NCBI GenBank assembly: GCA_031280685.1
Contig: JAITGM010000027.1
Span: 1,705-65,704 of the forward strand
DNA from: Christensenellaceae bacterium
GTDB lineage: Bacteria > Bacillota > Clostridia > Christensenellales > UBA1750
Length of the DNA stretch: 64,000 nucleotides
Direction: 5' to 3'
Shown: positions 9,405 to 19,101 of the stretch, piece by piece
Numbering within the stretch: position 1 is the first letter of the stretch
Layout: each line of letters opens with the position of its first letter
Notes under the pieces: generated by a model
The model's database searches: none
What the model saw: only the letters and a program-made list of their open reading frames with translations
What the model was told of the DNA's origin: nothing
Position numbers and translations under genes: made by a program

Positions 9405-11408
9405 ATGGAAGAGAGGCGGCGAGAACTATTGCCTAGAAATAACGCGAAAAACTTCGTGCCCTACGCGCTCGTTTTGCTGAGCGTCATCATGATCTTCGGC
9501 CTTTCCTATATAATGCCCCTGATGGGCAGGAAGGACACTCGCATAGACTACAGCCAGTTCCTGCAAAAGGTGAGGGATAATCAGGTTGAGGTGCTGCTGA
9601 TCAGCGCCTATAACGTCTATGGCCTTGAAAAGGGCAGCGAGATCCCGGAAGAAAGCTTCGCCAAGAGCTACGCGAGCCTGAACGACTTTAAGCTGCAGGT
9701 GCCCAACGATATCGCCTCCTTCAACAAGGATCTGCTCGACGCCACGGCGCGCGGCCTTAATAAGAGCCCGGGCGAGGTTTCCTCGCTCGACTTCCGCTTT
9801 ACCTACATCAACGAGCCGGTGCCGCAGGAGCCGATCTGGCTCACCCTGCTGCCCTCCATCATTCTGGTCGGCGCGGTGGTCTTCGTGATGGTCATGTTCA
9901 TGCGCCAGCAGGCCGGCAGCAACTCAAAGATGATGAGCTTCGGCAAATCCAAGGCCAGGACGCTCGATGAGCGCAACAAGATTACCTTTGCGCAGGTTGC
10001 CGGCGCCGATGAAGAGAAGGAAGAATTGCGCGAGATCGTCGAATTCTTAAAGAACCCGGGCCGCTTTACCGAGCTGGGCGCCCGCATTCCCAAGGGCGTG
10101 CTGCTGGTAGGCCCGCCGGGCACGGGCAAAACCCTGCTGGCCAAGGCCGTGGCCGGGGAAGCCGGCGTGCCCTTTTACTCGATTTCGGGCTCAGACTTCG
10201 TCGAGATGTTCGTGGGCGTGGGCGCTTCCCGCGTGCGCGATTTGTTCGAAACGGCAAAGAAGAACTCGCCTGCCATCGTCTTCATCGACGAGATCGATGC
10301 GGTGGGCAGGCAGCGCGGCGCCGGCCTTGGCGGCGGCCACGACGAGCGCGAGCAGACCCTAAACCAGCTCCTCGTGGAGATGGACGGCTTTTCGGCCAAC
10401 GAGGGCGTGATCGTGATCGCGGCGACCAACCGGCCCGATATTTTAGACAAGGCCCTGCTCAGGCCCGGGAGGTTCGACAGGCAGGTTACCGTCGGCTACC
10501 CGGACGTGAAGGGCCGCGAAGAGATTTTAAAGTTGCATTCCAAGGGCAAGCCCCTGGCGCCCGAGGTCTCGCTCCATGTTTTGGCCAGCAGAACCACCTA
10601 CATGACCGGAGCCGACCTCGAAAACGTGATGAACGAGGCCGCGATCCTGGCTGCGCGCGCCTCAAAGAAGGTCATCGGCATGCCGGAGCTTGAAGAGGCC
10701 ATCACCCGCGTGCAGATCGGCCCCGAAAAGAAGAGCCACGTCATCACCGAAAAAGATAAGCGCCTGGTGGCCTACCACGAGGCGGGCCACGCGCTGGTCG
10801 CCCACCTTTTGCCGGGGAGCAACCCGGTGCACGAGGTTTCCATCGTGCCGCGAGGCCAGGCGGGCGGCTACACCATGACCCGGCCAGAGGAAGAAAAGCA
10901 CTATATTTCAGGCTCTGCGCTGCGCGACAGGATCGTGGAGTGCCTGGGCGGCCATACGGCCGAAAGGCTGGTCTTGGGCGATGTGAGCACCGGCGCGACC
11001 AGCGACCTAAGCCACGCTTCCGAGCTTGCGCGCGCCATGGTGACCGAATATGGCATGAGCGAGAGCATCGGCCCGGTCTACCTGGGCGGCGGGCAGGAGG
11101 TCTTCGTGGGGCGCGACTTCGGCCACGCTAGGAACTACTCAGAGCAGCTCGCGGCCAGGGTGGACGACGCGATCCACGGCATCTTGGGCGATGCCGCGCG
11201 CAGGGCGGAGGAGCTTTTGAGCAGCCACCGGCGCGAGCTGGACGCCATCGCCGGCGCTCTTTTAGAAAAGGAAAAGCTCGACAGGGACGAATTCCTGCGC
11301 GTGATGGGCGCCTACCTGCCCCCGAAGGACGATCAGGCCTCTGAAAGCCCCCAAAACATCGAGGGTCCGCGGGGCGGCATGGTCGGCAGGGTGCAGCCCG
11401 AGGCCTAA
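9405..11408 (+). CDS. ftsH: ATP-dependent zinc metalloprotease FtsH
   Basis: N-terminal transmembrane segment, AAA Walker A GPPGTGKT, zinc site HEAGHA. The start is set at ATG 9405. Confidence 0.9.
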   Translation: MEERRRELLPRNNAKNFVPYALVLLSVIMIFGLSYIMPLMGRKDTRIDYSQFLQKVRDNQVEVLLISAYNVYGLEKGSEIPEESFAKSYASLNDFKLQVPNDIASFNKDLLDATARGLNKSPGEVSSLDFRFTYINEPVPQEPIWLTLLPSIILVGAVVFVMVMFMRQQAGSNSKMMSFGKSKARTLDERNKITFAQVAGADEEKEELREIVEFLKNPGRFTELGARIPKGVLLVGPPGTGKTLLAKAVAGEAGVPFYSISGSDFVEMFVGVGASRVRDLFETAKKNSPAIVFIDEIDAVGRQRGAGLGGGHDEREQTLNQLLVEMDGFSANEGVIVIAATNRPDILDKALLRPGRFDRQVTVGYPDVKGREEILKLHSKGKPLAPEVSLHVLASRTTYMTGADLENVMNEAAILAARASKKVIGMPELEEAITRVQIGPEKKSHVITEKDKRLVAYHEAGHALVAHLLPGSNPVHEVSIVPRGQAGGYTMTRPEEEKHYISGSALRDRIVECLGGHTAERLVLGDVSTGATSDLSHASELARAMVTEYGMSESIGPVYLGGGQEVFVGRDFGHARNYSEQLAARVDDAIHGILGDAARRAEELLSSHRRELDAIAGALLEKEKLDRDEFLRVMGAYLPPKDDQASESPQNIEGPRGGMVGRVQPEA

Positions 11409-11498
11409 ACCAAAGGGAAAGAGAGAAAATTGCGATCTATGAAGCAAAAACGAAGCCGTCCGGGTTCCGGGCGGCTTCGGAGTATGGAGGGAGCCTGA

Positions 11499-12332
11499 TT
11501 GATCGACCTGCACCTGCACACCACGGCCTCGGATGGCAGCGTGCCCCCGGCAAGGCTCGTGGGCATGGCCGCGGAAGAAGGATTTTCGGCGATCGGCATT
11601 GCCGACCACGACACCGTGGGCGGCGTGGACGAGGCGCTGCGGGCCGGGCGGCAAAGTGGCGTGGAGGTTCTGCCCGCCGTGGAGTTGACCGTGGGCGTCG
11701 AGCACGAAATCCACCTCCTGGGCTATGGGATCGACCATGAATCGCCCGCGCTCAAAGCCTTGCTTGGGCAGATGGAGACCGACCGTGACGAGCGTGTGGC
11801 CGCCATGGTGCGGGGTCTCGAGGAAGGGGGCCTGCCGGTTTCCGCCGCGGAAGTACGGGCGCGGGCAAAGGGCGTGGTGGGCAGGCCGCACATCGCCGCG
11901 GTGCTGGTTAAAAACGGCGCGGCGCGGGATGTGGCGGATGCTTTTAAGCGCTACATCGGCAAAAACGCGCCTTTTTACGTCGAGCGGCGCAAGAAAACCA
12001 CGGCGGAGGCCATCGCGGCGCTGCGCGCCGCAGGGGGCGTGCCCGTGCTCGCGCACCCGGGGCTTTTGCGCCTCCCCCGCCAAACGCTTTGGCAGTGGAT
12101 AGACTACCTGCAAAAGCTTGGCCTGCAGGGCCTGGAATGCTACCACAGCGGCCATTCCCCGGGGGATGCCACCTTTTTTAGGGGCGCGGCGGCCGAGTTT
12201 TCGCTGCTGGTCACGGGCGGGAGCGACTTTCATGGCGCGGCCAAGCCCAAAGTGCGGCTTGGTTCGGGGCTAGAGAGCTGGCGGGATTTTGAAGACTGCC
12301 TTTCGGCCCTGCGCAAAAGATTCCGGGCATAA
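11499..12332 (+). CDS. PHP-domain phosphoesterase (TrpH/YciV-like)
   Basis: IDLHLHTTASDGS and IADHDT motifs. The TTG start follows GGAGGGA. Confidence 0.8.
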   Translation: MIDLHLHTTASDGSVPPARLVGMAAEEGFSAIGIADHDTVGGVDEALRAGRQSGVEVLPAVELTVGVEHEIHLLGYGIDHESPALKALLGQMETDRDERVAAMVRGLEEGGLPVSAAEVRARAKGVVGRPHIAAVLVKNGAARDVADAFKRYIGKNAPFYVERRKKTTAEAIAALRAAGGVPVLAHPGLLRLPRQTLWQWIDYLQKLGLQGLECYHSGHSPGDATFFRGAAAEFSLLVTGGSDFHGAAKPKVRLGSGLESWRDFEDCLSALRKRFRA

Positions 12333-12387
12333 AAAGGCGGAAATGCGCATAAAAGAACTGTGGGCAGGTGGATTTTGCCCCGCGCAT

Positions 12388-12416
12388 TTGCACTTTGCGG
12401 GCGGATGCGCTATACT
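12388..12416 (+). promoter_or_regulatory. Candidate sigma-A promoter of asp23-yloV-recG
   Basis: TTGCAC (12388-12393), a 17-nt spacer, then TATACT (12411-12416). Confidence 0.5.
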
Positions 12417-12533
12417 GGGTATGGCCTTGTTTCCGCATTGTTTCGATGGAAGGTTTTTTGGCGGGATTCAAGCGCTTTTTAAGTGCTTTGCGGCCGAAAC
12501 AGGCCCGATTGCGATGGAAGGGAAGGGTGCGAA

Positions 12534-12890
12534 ATGGCAGCTGACTTTACGGTAACGACCGATTTGGGCAAGATCACCATTGTGGAGGACGTCATCAGCA
12601 TGGTGGCGGGCAACGCGGCTATCGAGTGCGCGGGCATCGTGGCGATGGCCTCTAAGCGCGCGACCGACGGCATTGTGGAGCTGCTCGGCCGCGAGAATAT
12701 GCGCCGCGGCGTGCGCGTGCAGACCACGGAAGAGGGCGCCGCGATCGACCTTTTCATCATCGTGGAATATGGCGTGGCGATTTCCGCAGTGGCGACCACC
12801 GTGGTTGAAACGGTTAAATACCGGGTGGAAACCCTCGCCGGCGTGACGGTTTCAAAGATCAACGTCACCGTCGAGGGCATCCGCGTTTAA
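12534..12890 (+). CDS. Asp23/Gls24 family alkaline-shock protein
   Basis: GKITIVEDVISMVAGNAAIECAGIV shows the Asp23 pattern. The gene sits upstream of yloV, the conserved arrangement. Confidence 0.85.
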   Translation: MAADFTVTTDLGKITIVEDVISMVAGNAAIECAGIVAMASKRATDGIVELLGRENMRRGVRVQTTEEGAAIDLFIIVEYGVAISAVATTVVETVKYRVETLAGVTVSKINVTVEGIRV

Positions 12891-12916
12891 TAACAGGCTT
12901 AACTGGGGGTTTTTTA

Positions 12917-14581
12917 GTGGTTTTGCACGCAATAGACGGGGCGCTGCTCAAGAGGATGATCCTCACCGGCGCCTCCATGCTCGAAAAGAATAAGCAAGAG
13001 ATCGACGCGCTTAACGTCTTCCCCGTGCCGGATGGCGATACGGGCACGAACATGTCGCTGACGATGCTCTCGGCCGCGCGGGAATTGGCGCCCCTGCCGG
13101 CAGGTGCGAATGCCTCTGACGTGGCGGCAGCGGCGGCGCGCGGCGCGCTAAAGGGCGCGCGCGGCAACTCTGGGGTCATCCTCTCGCAGCTCTTCAGGGG
13201 CATCGCAAAGGCGTTGGAGGGCCAGCAGTACGTCGATGCCCGCCTCTTGGCGGAAGGGTTGCAGGCAGCGGTCGAAAGCGCCTACAAAGCCGTGATGAAG
13301 CCCAAGGAGGGCACGATTTTGACCGTGGCCAGGGCCGTGGCCGAAAGCGCGGCCAGGGACGCAGCCCACGGCGCGGATGCCTACGCCGTGCTGATCGGGC
13401 TGCTCGAGCAGGGCGATGCGGTTTTGAAAAAAACGCCGGAAATGCTGCCCGTTTTAAAGGCTGCCGGCGTGGTGGACGCGGGCGGCGCGGGGCTGCTGCT
13501 CATCCTGCACGGCTTTAAGATGGCGGCGGACGGCGAAGAGGCCATAGAAGGCGAGCTGTCGCGGCGGATTTCTTCCCTGCAGGGCCAGGGCAGGCCCGAT
13601 GTGAGCTTTGACGAGGATTCGGGCATCGAATTTGGCTACTGCACCGAGACCTTCATCAAAAACCTGATCGAAAAGGACTCTTCGCTCGCGATCTTGCGCC
13701 TGCGCGAGGAGCTTTCGGCCATTGGGGACTGCGTGCTCGTCGTGGGCGACGATGAGCTGGTCAAGGTGCACGTGCACTCCAACGAGCCCGGCCGCGCGCT
13801 GCAATGTTGCTTGAAGTTGGGCGAGCTTTCCTCGGTCAAGATCGACAATATGCGCGAACAGCACCGCAATATCATCGAGGAAGCGGCCGAATTCCACCAG
13901 CCCAAGGCGCCCAAGATCACCAAGGAGCGCGGCTTCGTGGCGGTCGGCGCGGGCGAAGGGATCGAGGCGCTGCTCAAGGACTTAGGGGTGGATGAAACGG
14001 TGCTCGGCGGCCAAACGATGAACCCCTCGGCTGCCGACATCGCGGAAGCCATCGAGCGCACGGGTGCTAGGATCGTCTATGTTCTGCCCAACAACAAGAA
14101 CATCGTCCTGGCCGCGGAGCAGGCCAAGGAGCTGGTCGCGGGCCGCGAGATCTTCGTGGTGCCCACGAGCTCCATCCCGCAGGGCGTGGCCGCGATGATC
14201 GCCTTCGTGCCCGATGTGGACGATCAGACCAACTTTTCGCGCATGGTAGAGGCCGCGGGCAAGGTCAAGTCCCTTTCGGTCACCTACGCGGTGCGAGATT
14301 CGAGCTTTGACGGCAAAGAAATCAAAAAGGGCGACATTTTAGGCCTTTCAGAAAGCCGCGTGGCCACTGTTGGCTCGGAGGTGGAGCAGACCGCGCTGGA
14401 GCTTTTGGCCGGCGCCATAGACGAGAGCAGCGAGATGCTGACCATCCTCTGCGGGGAAGAGATCAGCCAGGCGCAGGCGGATGCCCTGCGCGAAAGGCTC
14501 GCGGCAGCCCACGAGGGGCTGGAAATCGAGATGCTGCCCGGCGGCCAGCCGCTGTATTACTATCTCTTTTCGTTGGAATAA
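12917..14581 (+). CDS. yloV: DAK2 domain fusion protein YloV
   Basis: FPVPDGDTGTNM and GARGNSGVILSQ (DAK2/DhaL motifs), with a C-terminal DegV-like part. Synteny with recG. Confidence 0.85.
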   Translation: MVLHAIDGALLKRMILTGASMLEKNKQEIDALNVFPVPDGDTGTNMSLTMLSAARELAPLPAGANASDVAAAAARGALKGARGNSGVILSQLFRGIAKALEGQQYVDARLLAEGLQAAVESAYKAVMKPKEGTILTVARAVAESAARDAAHGADAYAVLIGLLEQGDAVLKKTPEMLPVLKAAGVVDAGGAGLLLILHGFKMAADGEEAIEGELSRRISSLQGQGRPDVSFDEDSGIEFGYCTETFIKNLIEKDSSLAILRLREELSAIGDCVLVVGDDELVKVHVHSNEPGRALQCCLKLGELSSVKIDNMREQHRNIIEEAAEFHQPKAPKITKERGFVAVGAGEGIEALLKDLGVDETVLGGQTMNPSAADIAEAIERTGARIVYVLPNNKNIVLAAEQAKELVAGREIFVVPTSSIPQGVAAMIAFVPDVDDQTNFSRMVEAAGKVKSLSVTYAVRDSSFDGKEIKKGDILGLSESRVATVGSEVEQTALELLAGAIDESSEMLTILCGEEISQAQADALRERLAAAHEGLEIEMLPGGQPLYYYLFSLE

Positions 14582-14655
14582 TGGCAAAGGGCCGGCAAAG
14601 GCAAAGACGAGGGCGCGATGCGGATCGCGCCCTCTTTTGAAGGGAAGGATTTTGC

Positions 14656-14844
14656 GTGCCAAAGAAGGAAGAGCGTTTCGCCAAGGTATCCAGCCAGGGG
14701 ATGGGCGCGATCGTCGTCTACGTCGACAAGGAAACCGGCGTGAACTACCTGGTGGTGGGCAACGGCAATGGCGTTGCGGTCACGCCGCTGCTGGGCGGGG
14801 ACGGCAAGCCCCTCGTGGCCGAGGGGTACCCGGGCGAGAAATGA
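14656..14844 (+). CDS. Small conserved protein, DUF6440-like
   Basis: 62 aa with a GTG start. VDKETGVNYL...GVAVTPLLGGDGKP matches my recollection of the DUF6440 pattern. The stop overlaps the recG ATG (ATGA). Confidence 0.5.
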   Translation: MPKKEERFAKVSSQGMGAIVVYVDKETGVNYLVVGNGNGVAVTPLLGGDGKPLVAEGYPGEK

Positions 14845-16835
14845 GCGAGCTTTCAAGGCTTAAGGGCGTGGGCAAGGCGCGGCTCGAGGCGCTGCAAGGG
14901 GCTGGGATTGCCGATGCGCAGGCACTGATTCGCTGCCTTCCACGGGAATACGTCTTCTTTGACGAGCACAGGGCCTTTTCGGCCGCCAGGGTGGGCGAAA
15001 AGGCCCTTTTCCGCGCAAAGATCCTCAAGTTCAGCCAAATTTTCGCGCGGGGGCTCTCCATCGTGCGGGCAACGCTCAGCCAGGGGGAAGAGAGCCTGGA
15101 GGCTGTTTGGTTCAACCAGCCCTACATCCGCGCTCAGCTTGAGCAGGGCGCGGAATGGCTCTTTTTTGGGCTGTTGACCATAAGCCAGGGCAAGCGGCAG
15201 CTCGTTTCCCCGGCGCGCTACCCCGTATCGAGCGAAGGGGTGCAGCCCATTTACGCGCCGTTGAAGGGGATCCCCTCCAGAACCTTCGGGGGCCTTGTGC
15301 AAAGGGCGCTGGAGCTGGCCGTCTTTGAAGAAACCCTGCCGGCCGAGCTCTTGCGGCGTTATGCCTTCCCGGCTGTGGGGGAATGCTACCGGGCGATGCA
15401 CTTTCCGGCCTCGCGAAGCGAATTGCAGGGCGCGCTGGCCAGGCTCGCCTTTGAGGATCTGCTCTTTTTTCAGCTCGCGGTGCTGGGTGAAGCGCGGGCG
15501 GAAGACGGAGCCCCTTTGCCCGTGGATGAAGAAAGCCTGAAGCCCTTCCTTAACTTGCTGGGCTTTGAGCTAACCCGCGCGCAAGCCCGGGTTTTGGGTG
15601 AGATTCTGCGCGATTTGGGCCAAAAAAGGCCCATGGCGCGGCTGGTGGAAGGCGACGTGGGCAGCGGCAAGACCGCCCTTGCCTTCGCCGCGCTGTATGG
15701 CTGCGCGCAATGCGGCCGCCAGGGCGCGTTGATGGCCCCGACCGAGGTTTTGGCGGGCCAGCACTACGAGCGCGCCCTGGAGTGGCTCAAGCCGCTGGGC
15801 GTGGAGCCGGTCCTGCTGACCGGCTCGCTGAGCGCAAAAGAGAAAAAGCTAGCGCGCGAAAGGCTGCAAAGCGGAGCGGCGCGGGTGGCCATCGGCACGC
15901 ACGCGCTGATCAGCGAAGGGGTGGAATACCAAAACCTGGCCCTGGTCATCACCGATGAGCAGCACCGCTTCGGCGTGAACCAGCGCGTGCGCCTTTCGCA
16001 GAAGGGCAGGGCCGGCGAGGCGGGGAGGAGCCCGCACGTGCTGGTGATGAGCGCCACGCCGATCCCCAGAACGATGGCGCTGGCGCTCTATGGCGATTTG
16101 GACATTTCGGTGCTCGACGAATTGCCCCCCGGCAGGCAAAGGATTTTGACGCGCCTGGTGCCCGAGGGCAAGCGCGAAGCGCTGTATGGCTTCCTGCAAA
16201 GGAACGCGGAAGAGGGCGGCCAGGCCTACGTGATCTGCCCCTTGGTGGAAGAAAGCTCGGCGCTCGACGCGGCCAACGCGGTTTCAACCTACGAAAGGAT
16301 GAAAAAGGCCCTGCCGGGGCTTAAAATCGAGCTTTTGCACGGGCGGATGAGCGGACAGCAAAAGCAGGAGGTATTATCGCGCTTTGCGGGCGGCGAGGTC
16401 GCCATCCTGGTTTCGACCACGGTCGTGGAGGTGGGCGTGAACGTGCCCAACGCCACCATCATGGTGATTGAGGACGCGGAGCGCTTCGGCCTAGCCCAGC
16501 TTCATCAGCTTCGCGGCCGCGTAGGGCGAGGCGTGAAACAATCCTGGTGCTTTTTGATGGCGGAGGGCGGCTCGACCCTGCAGCTCTTGGTCGATTCGGG
16601 TGACGGCTTTGAAATCGCCCAAAAAGACCTCGAACTGCGCGGCCCTGGGGAATTCATGGGGCAAAGGCAGCATGGCCTGATCGACAGGCGCCTGCTCGCG
16701 CTGATGGGCGACGGCCGGCTGCTGGAGCGGGCGCGGGCGGAGGCCGAAGCGCTGCTCATGAGACGGGACGAGCCAGAGATCCGGCGCATCTTGGAGCTTG
16801 CCAGGGCTGCGGCCGGCGAACCCGCCCGCAATTAG
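14841..16835 (+). CDS. recG: ATP-dependent DNA helicase RecG
   Basis: GDVGSGKT, DEQHRFG and QLHQLRGRVGRG motifs. The start is set at ATG 14841; the track ORF extends upstream into yloV. Confidence 0.9.
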   Translation: MSELSRLKGVGKARLEALQGAGIADAQALIRCLPREYVFFDEHRAFSAARVGEKALFRAKILKFSQIFARGLSIVRATLSQGEESLEAVWFNQPYIRAQLEQGAEWLFFGLLTISQGKRQLVSPARYPVSSEGVQPIYAPLKGIPSRTFGGLVQRALELAVFEETLPAELLRRYAFPAVGECYRAMHFPASRSELQGALARLAFEDLLFFQLAVLGEARAEDGAPLPVDEESLKPFLNLLGFELTRAQARVLGEILRDLGQKRPMARLVEGDVGSGKTALAFAALYGCAQCGRQGALMAPTEVLAGQHYERALEWLKPLGVEPVLLTGSLSAKEKKLARERLQSGAARVAIGTHALISEGVEYQNLALVITDEQHRFGVNQRVRLSQKGRAGEAGRSPHVLVMSATPIPRTMALALYGDLDISVLDELPPGRQRILTRLVPEGKREALYGFLQRNAEEGGQAYVICPLVEESSALDAANAVSTYERMKKALPGLKIELLHGRMSGQQKQEVLSRFAGGEVAILVSTTVVEVGVNVPNATIMVIEDAERFGLAQLHQLRGRVGRGVKQSWCFLMAEGGSTLQLLVDSGDGFEIAQKDLELRGPGEFMGQRQHGLIDRRLLALMGDGRLLERARAEAEALLMRRDEPEIRRILELARAAAGEPARN

Positions 16836-16842
16836 GGTTTTG

Positions 16843-17072
16843 CCGCGCCGCGGCGCGGGTCTGGATTTGCGGAATGCGCCGCCTATGGGCGGCGCTTGAA
16901 CAAAACGCCTAACGCCGCCTGCGGCGGCCCGGCGGGAACGCGCTCGCTTGCGCTCGCGGAGGCGGCCGGCGCGCGGGCTTCGCCCGCGTCAAGCGCCTAA
17001 CGGCGCTTGGGCACGCTGCCGCTCGCCGCCGGCCGCCGAGGACCTACCCCTGCCCCCTGCGCACGCCGCGCG
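16843..17072. repeat. Intergenic island B of GC-rich stem-loops, bracketed by direct repeats ATTAGGGTTTTG
   Basis: Exact 12-mers lie at 16831-16842 and 17073-17084. Internal hairpins include 16876-16895, GCGCCGCC-TATG-GGCGGCGC. The core motif is present in reverse orientation at 16939-16958. Confidence 0.7.
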
Positions 17073-17147
17073 ATTAGGGTTTTGACGAAGCCGCCGCGAA
17101 GGGATACAATGGACGAGAGCGAAAACGACGGAGGAAGAACGAAGAAG

Positions 17148-19100
17148 ATGACGGAATCCTATAGCGCATCTGATTTGCAGGTTTTAGAGGGGCTGGACGC
17201 CGTGCGGATGCGGCCCGGCATGTACATCGGCACGACGAGCTCGCGCGGGCTGCACCACCTTTTGTGGGAGATCGTCGATAACGCGATTGACGAGGCGGCC
17301 AACGGCCACGCGGGGATGATCGGCGTGACCTTGCACAAGGACGGCGGCGCCACCGTGGAAGACGACGGCCGCGGCATCCCCGTGGATCCGCACCCAAAGC
17401 TCGGCATCTCGGGTGTCGAGGTGGTCTTCACCCAACTGCACGCGGGGGGCAAGTTCTCGAACAAGAACTATGCCTATTCGGGCGGGCTGCACGGCGTCGG
17501 GGCATCGGTGGTCAACGCGCTGTCTAAGCGGCTGGTGGTTGAGGTTTATTCCAAGTTCAGCTGTTATAGGCAGGAATACGCCTCGCTCTATGACGAAAAG
17601 CAAAAAAAGATCGTTTCCGGCAGGCCGGTCACGCCCCTTGAGCGCGTGGGCGGCACCCGCAAGAAGGGATCGAAGGTGACTTTTTGGCCGGACGAGCGCG
17701 TTTTTGAGGAAACGAGCTTCAATCACGAGGTCGTCGAGCGCCGCCTGCGCGAGCTTGCTTATTTAAACAAGGGCGTGCGCATCGTGCTGAGCGACGAGCG
17801 CCTGGAGGGCGAAATGCGCCGGCAGGAGTTTTGCTTCGAGGGCGGCATCAAGGACTATGTGCGCTACTTAAACGAGGAAAAAAACGCCCTGCACGACGAG
17901 GTGATCTATTTGGAGGGCCAAAAGGACGAGATCCGCTTCGCCTGCGCCTTCCAGCTGACCGATAGCTACAACGAATACATCTTCTCTTACGTCAACTCCA
18001 TCCCCACCGGCGAGGGCGGCAGCCACGAAACCGGATTTAAGGCGGCCTACACCAAGACCCTGAACGAATACGCCAGGAAGGCCGGCGTGCTGAAGGAAAA
18101 GGACCAGAACCTGATCGGCGAGGACTTTAGAGAGGGGATGACCGCGGTCATCACCTGCTTTGTGAAAAACCCGCAGTTCGAAGGGCAAACCAAGGGCCGT
18201 TTGGGCAACAGCGAGGTGCGTCCCGCGGTCGAAGGGCTGGTCGCCGAGCAGCTCTCGCTGTATTTGGAGGATTTGAGCCACGGCGAAACGGCTCAAACCC
18301 TGCTGCAAAAGGCGCTCTCGGCGGCGTCCGCCAGGCAGGCGGCGCGCAAGGCCAAGGACATGGCCCGGCAAAAGAATTCTTTGGGCGCGCCGCTGGTTGG
18401 AAAGCTCTCGGCCTGCGCGGGCAGGAACCCCAAAGAAAACGAGCTGCTCATCGTGGAGGGCGACTCGGCCGGCGGCAGCGCTAAGCAGGGGCGCGACCGG
18501 CGCTTTCAGGCCATTTTACCCCTGCGCGGCAAGCCGCTCAACGCCGAAAAGAAGCGGCTCGACCAGGTTCTGCTCAACGAGGAATTCCGCACCATCATCA
18601 CGGCGCTGGGCACCGGCATCGGCGAAGATTTCAGGCTCGAGTCGCTGCGCTACAACAAGATCATCCTGCTGGCCGACGCGGATCAGGACGGCGCCCATAT
18701 CCGTGCCATTTTGCTGACCTTCTTTTATCGCTACATGAAGGAGCTTGTCACCGCCGGGCATGTCTACATCGGCACGCCGCCGCTGTATCTGGTCAAAAAA
18801 GGGAATGGCGAAGAGTACGTCTACGACGACCGCGCCCTGCCCGCCGCGCTCAAGCGCGCCGGCAAGAACTACACCATCCAGCGCTACAAGGGCCTGGGCG
18901 AAATGAACCCCGAGCAGCTTTGGGAAACCACGATGAACCCAGAAAGGCGCACGCTGGTGCAGGTCACGCTCGACGACGCCGCCCAGGCCGAGCGCATGGT
19001 TTCGGTCTTGATGGGCGATAAGGTCGATCCCCGCAAGGAGTATATCAGCCAGTACGCCAACTTCTCAAGGCGCGACGACTTTGAGGGGAGGGTGATGTAG
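17148..19100 (+). CDS. Type IIA DNA topoisomerase subunit B (GyrB/ParE family)
   Basis: GHKL ATPase motifs [15 protein letters not shown] and DDGRGIPVD, and Toprim [15 protein letters not shown]. The start at ATG 17148 is tentative; 17109 is the alternative. Confidence 0.85.
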   Translation: MTESYSASDLQVLEGLDAVRMRPGMYIGTTSSRGLHHLLWEIVDNAIDEAANGHAGMIGVTLHKDGGATVEDDGRGIPVDPHPKLGISGVEVVFTQLHAGGKFSNKNYAYSGGLHGVGASVVNALSKRLVVEVYSKFSCYRQEYASLYDEKQKKIVSGRPVTPLERVGGTRKKGSKVTFWPDERVFEETSFNHEVVERRLRELAYLNKGVRIVLSDERLEGEMRRQEFCFEGGIKDYVRYLNEEKNALHDEVIYLEGQKDEIRFACAFQLTDSYNEYIFSYVNSIPTGEGGSHETGFKAAYTKTLNEYARKAGVLKEKDQNLIGEDFREGMTAVITCFVKNPQFEGQTKGRLGNSEVRPAVEGLVAEQLSLYLEDLSHGETAQTLLQKALSAASARQAARKAKDMARQKNSLGAPLVGKLSACAGRNPKENELLIVEGDSAGGSAKQGRDRRFQAILPLRGKPLNAEKKRLDQVLLNEEFRTIITALGTGIGEDFRLESLRYNKIILLADADQDGAHIRAILLTFFYRYMKELVTAGHVYIGTPPLYLVKKGNGEEYVYDDRALPAALKRAGKNYTIQRYKGLGEMNPEQLWETTMNPERRTLVQVTLDDAAQAERMVSVLMGDKVDPRKEYISQYANFSRRDDFEGRVM

Positions 19101-19101
19101 T

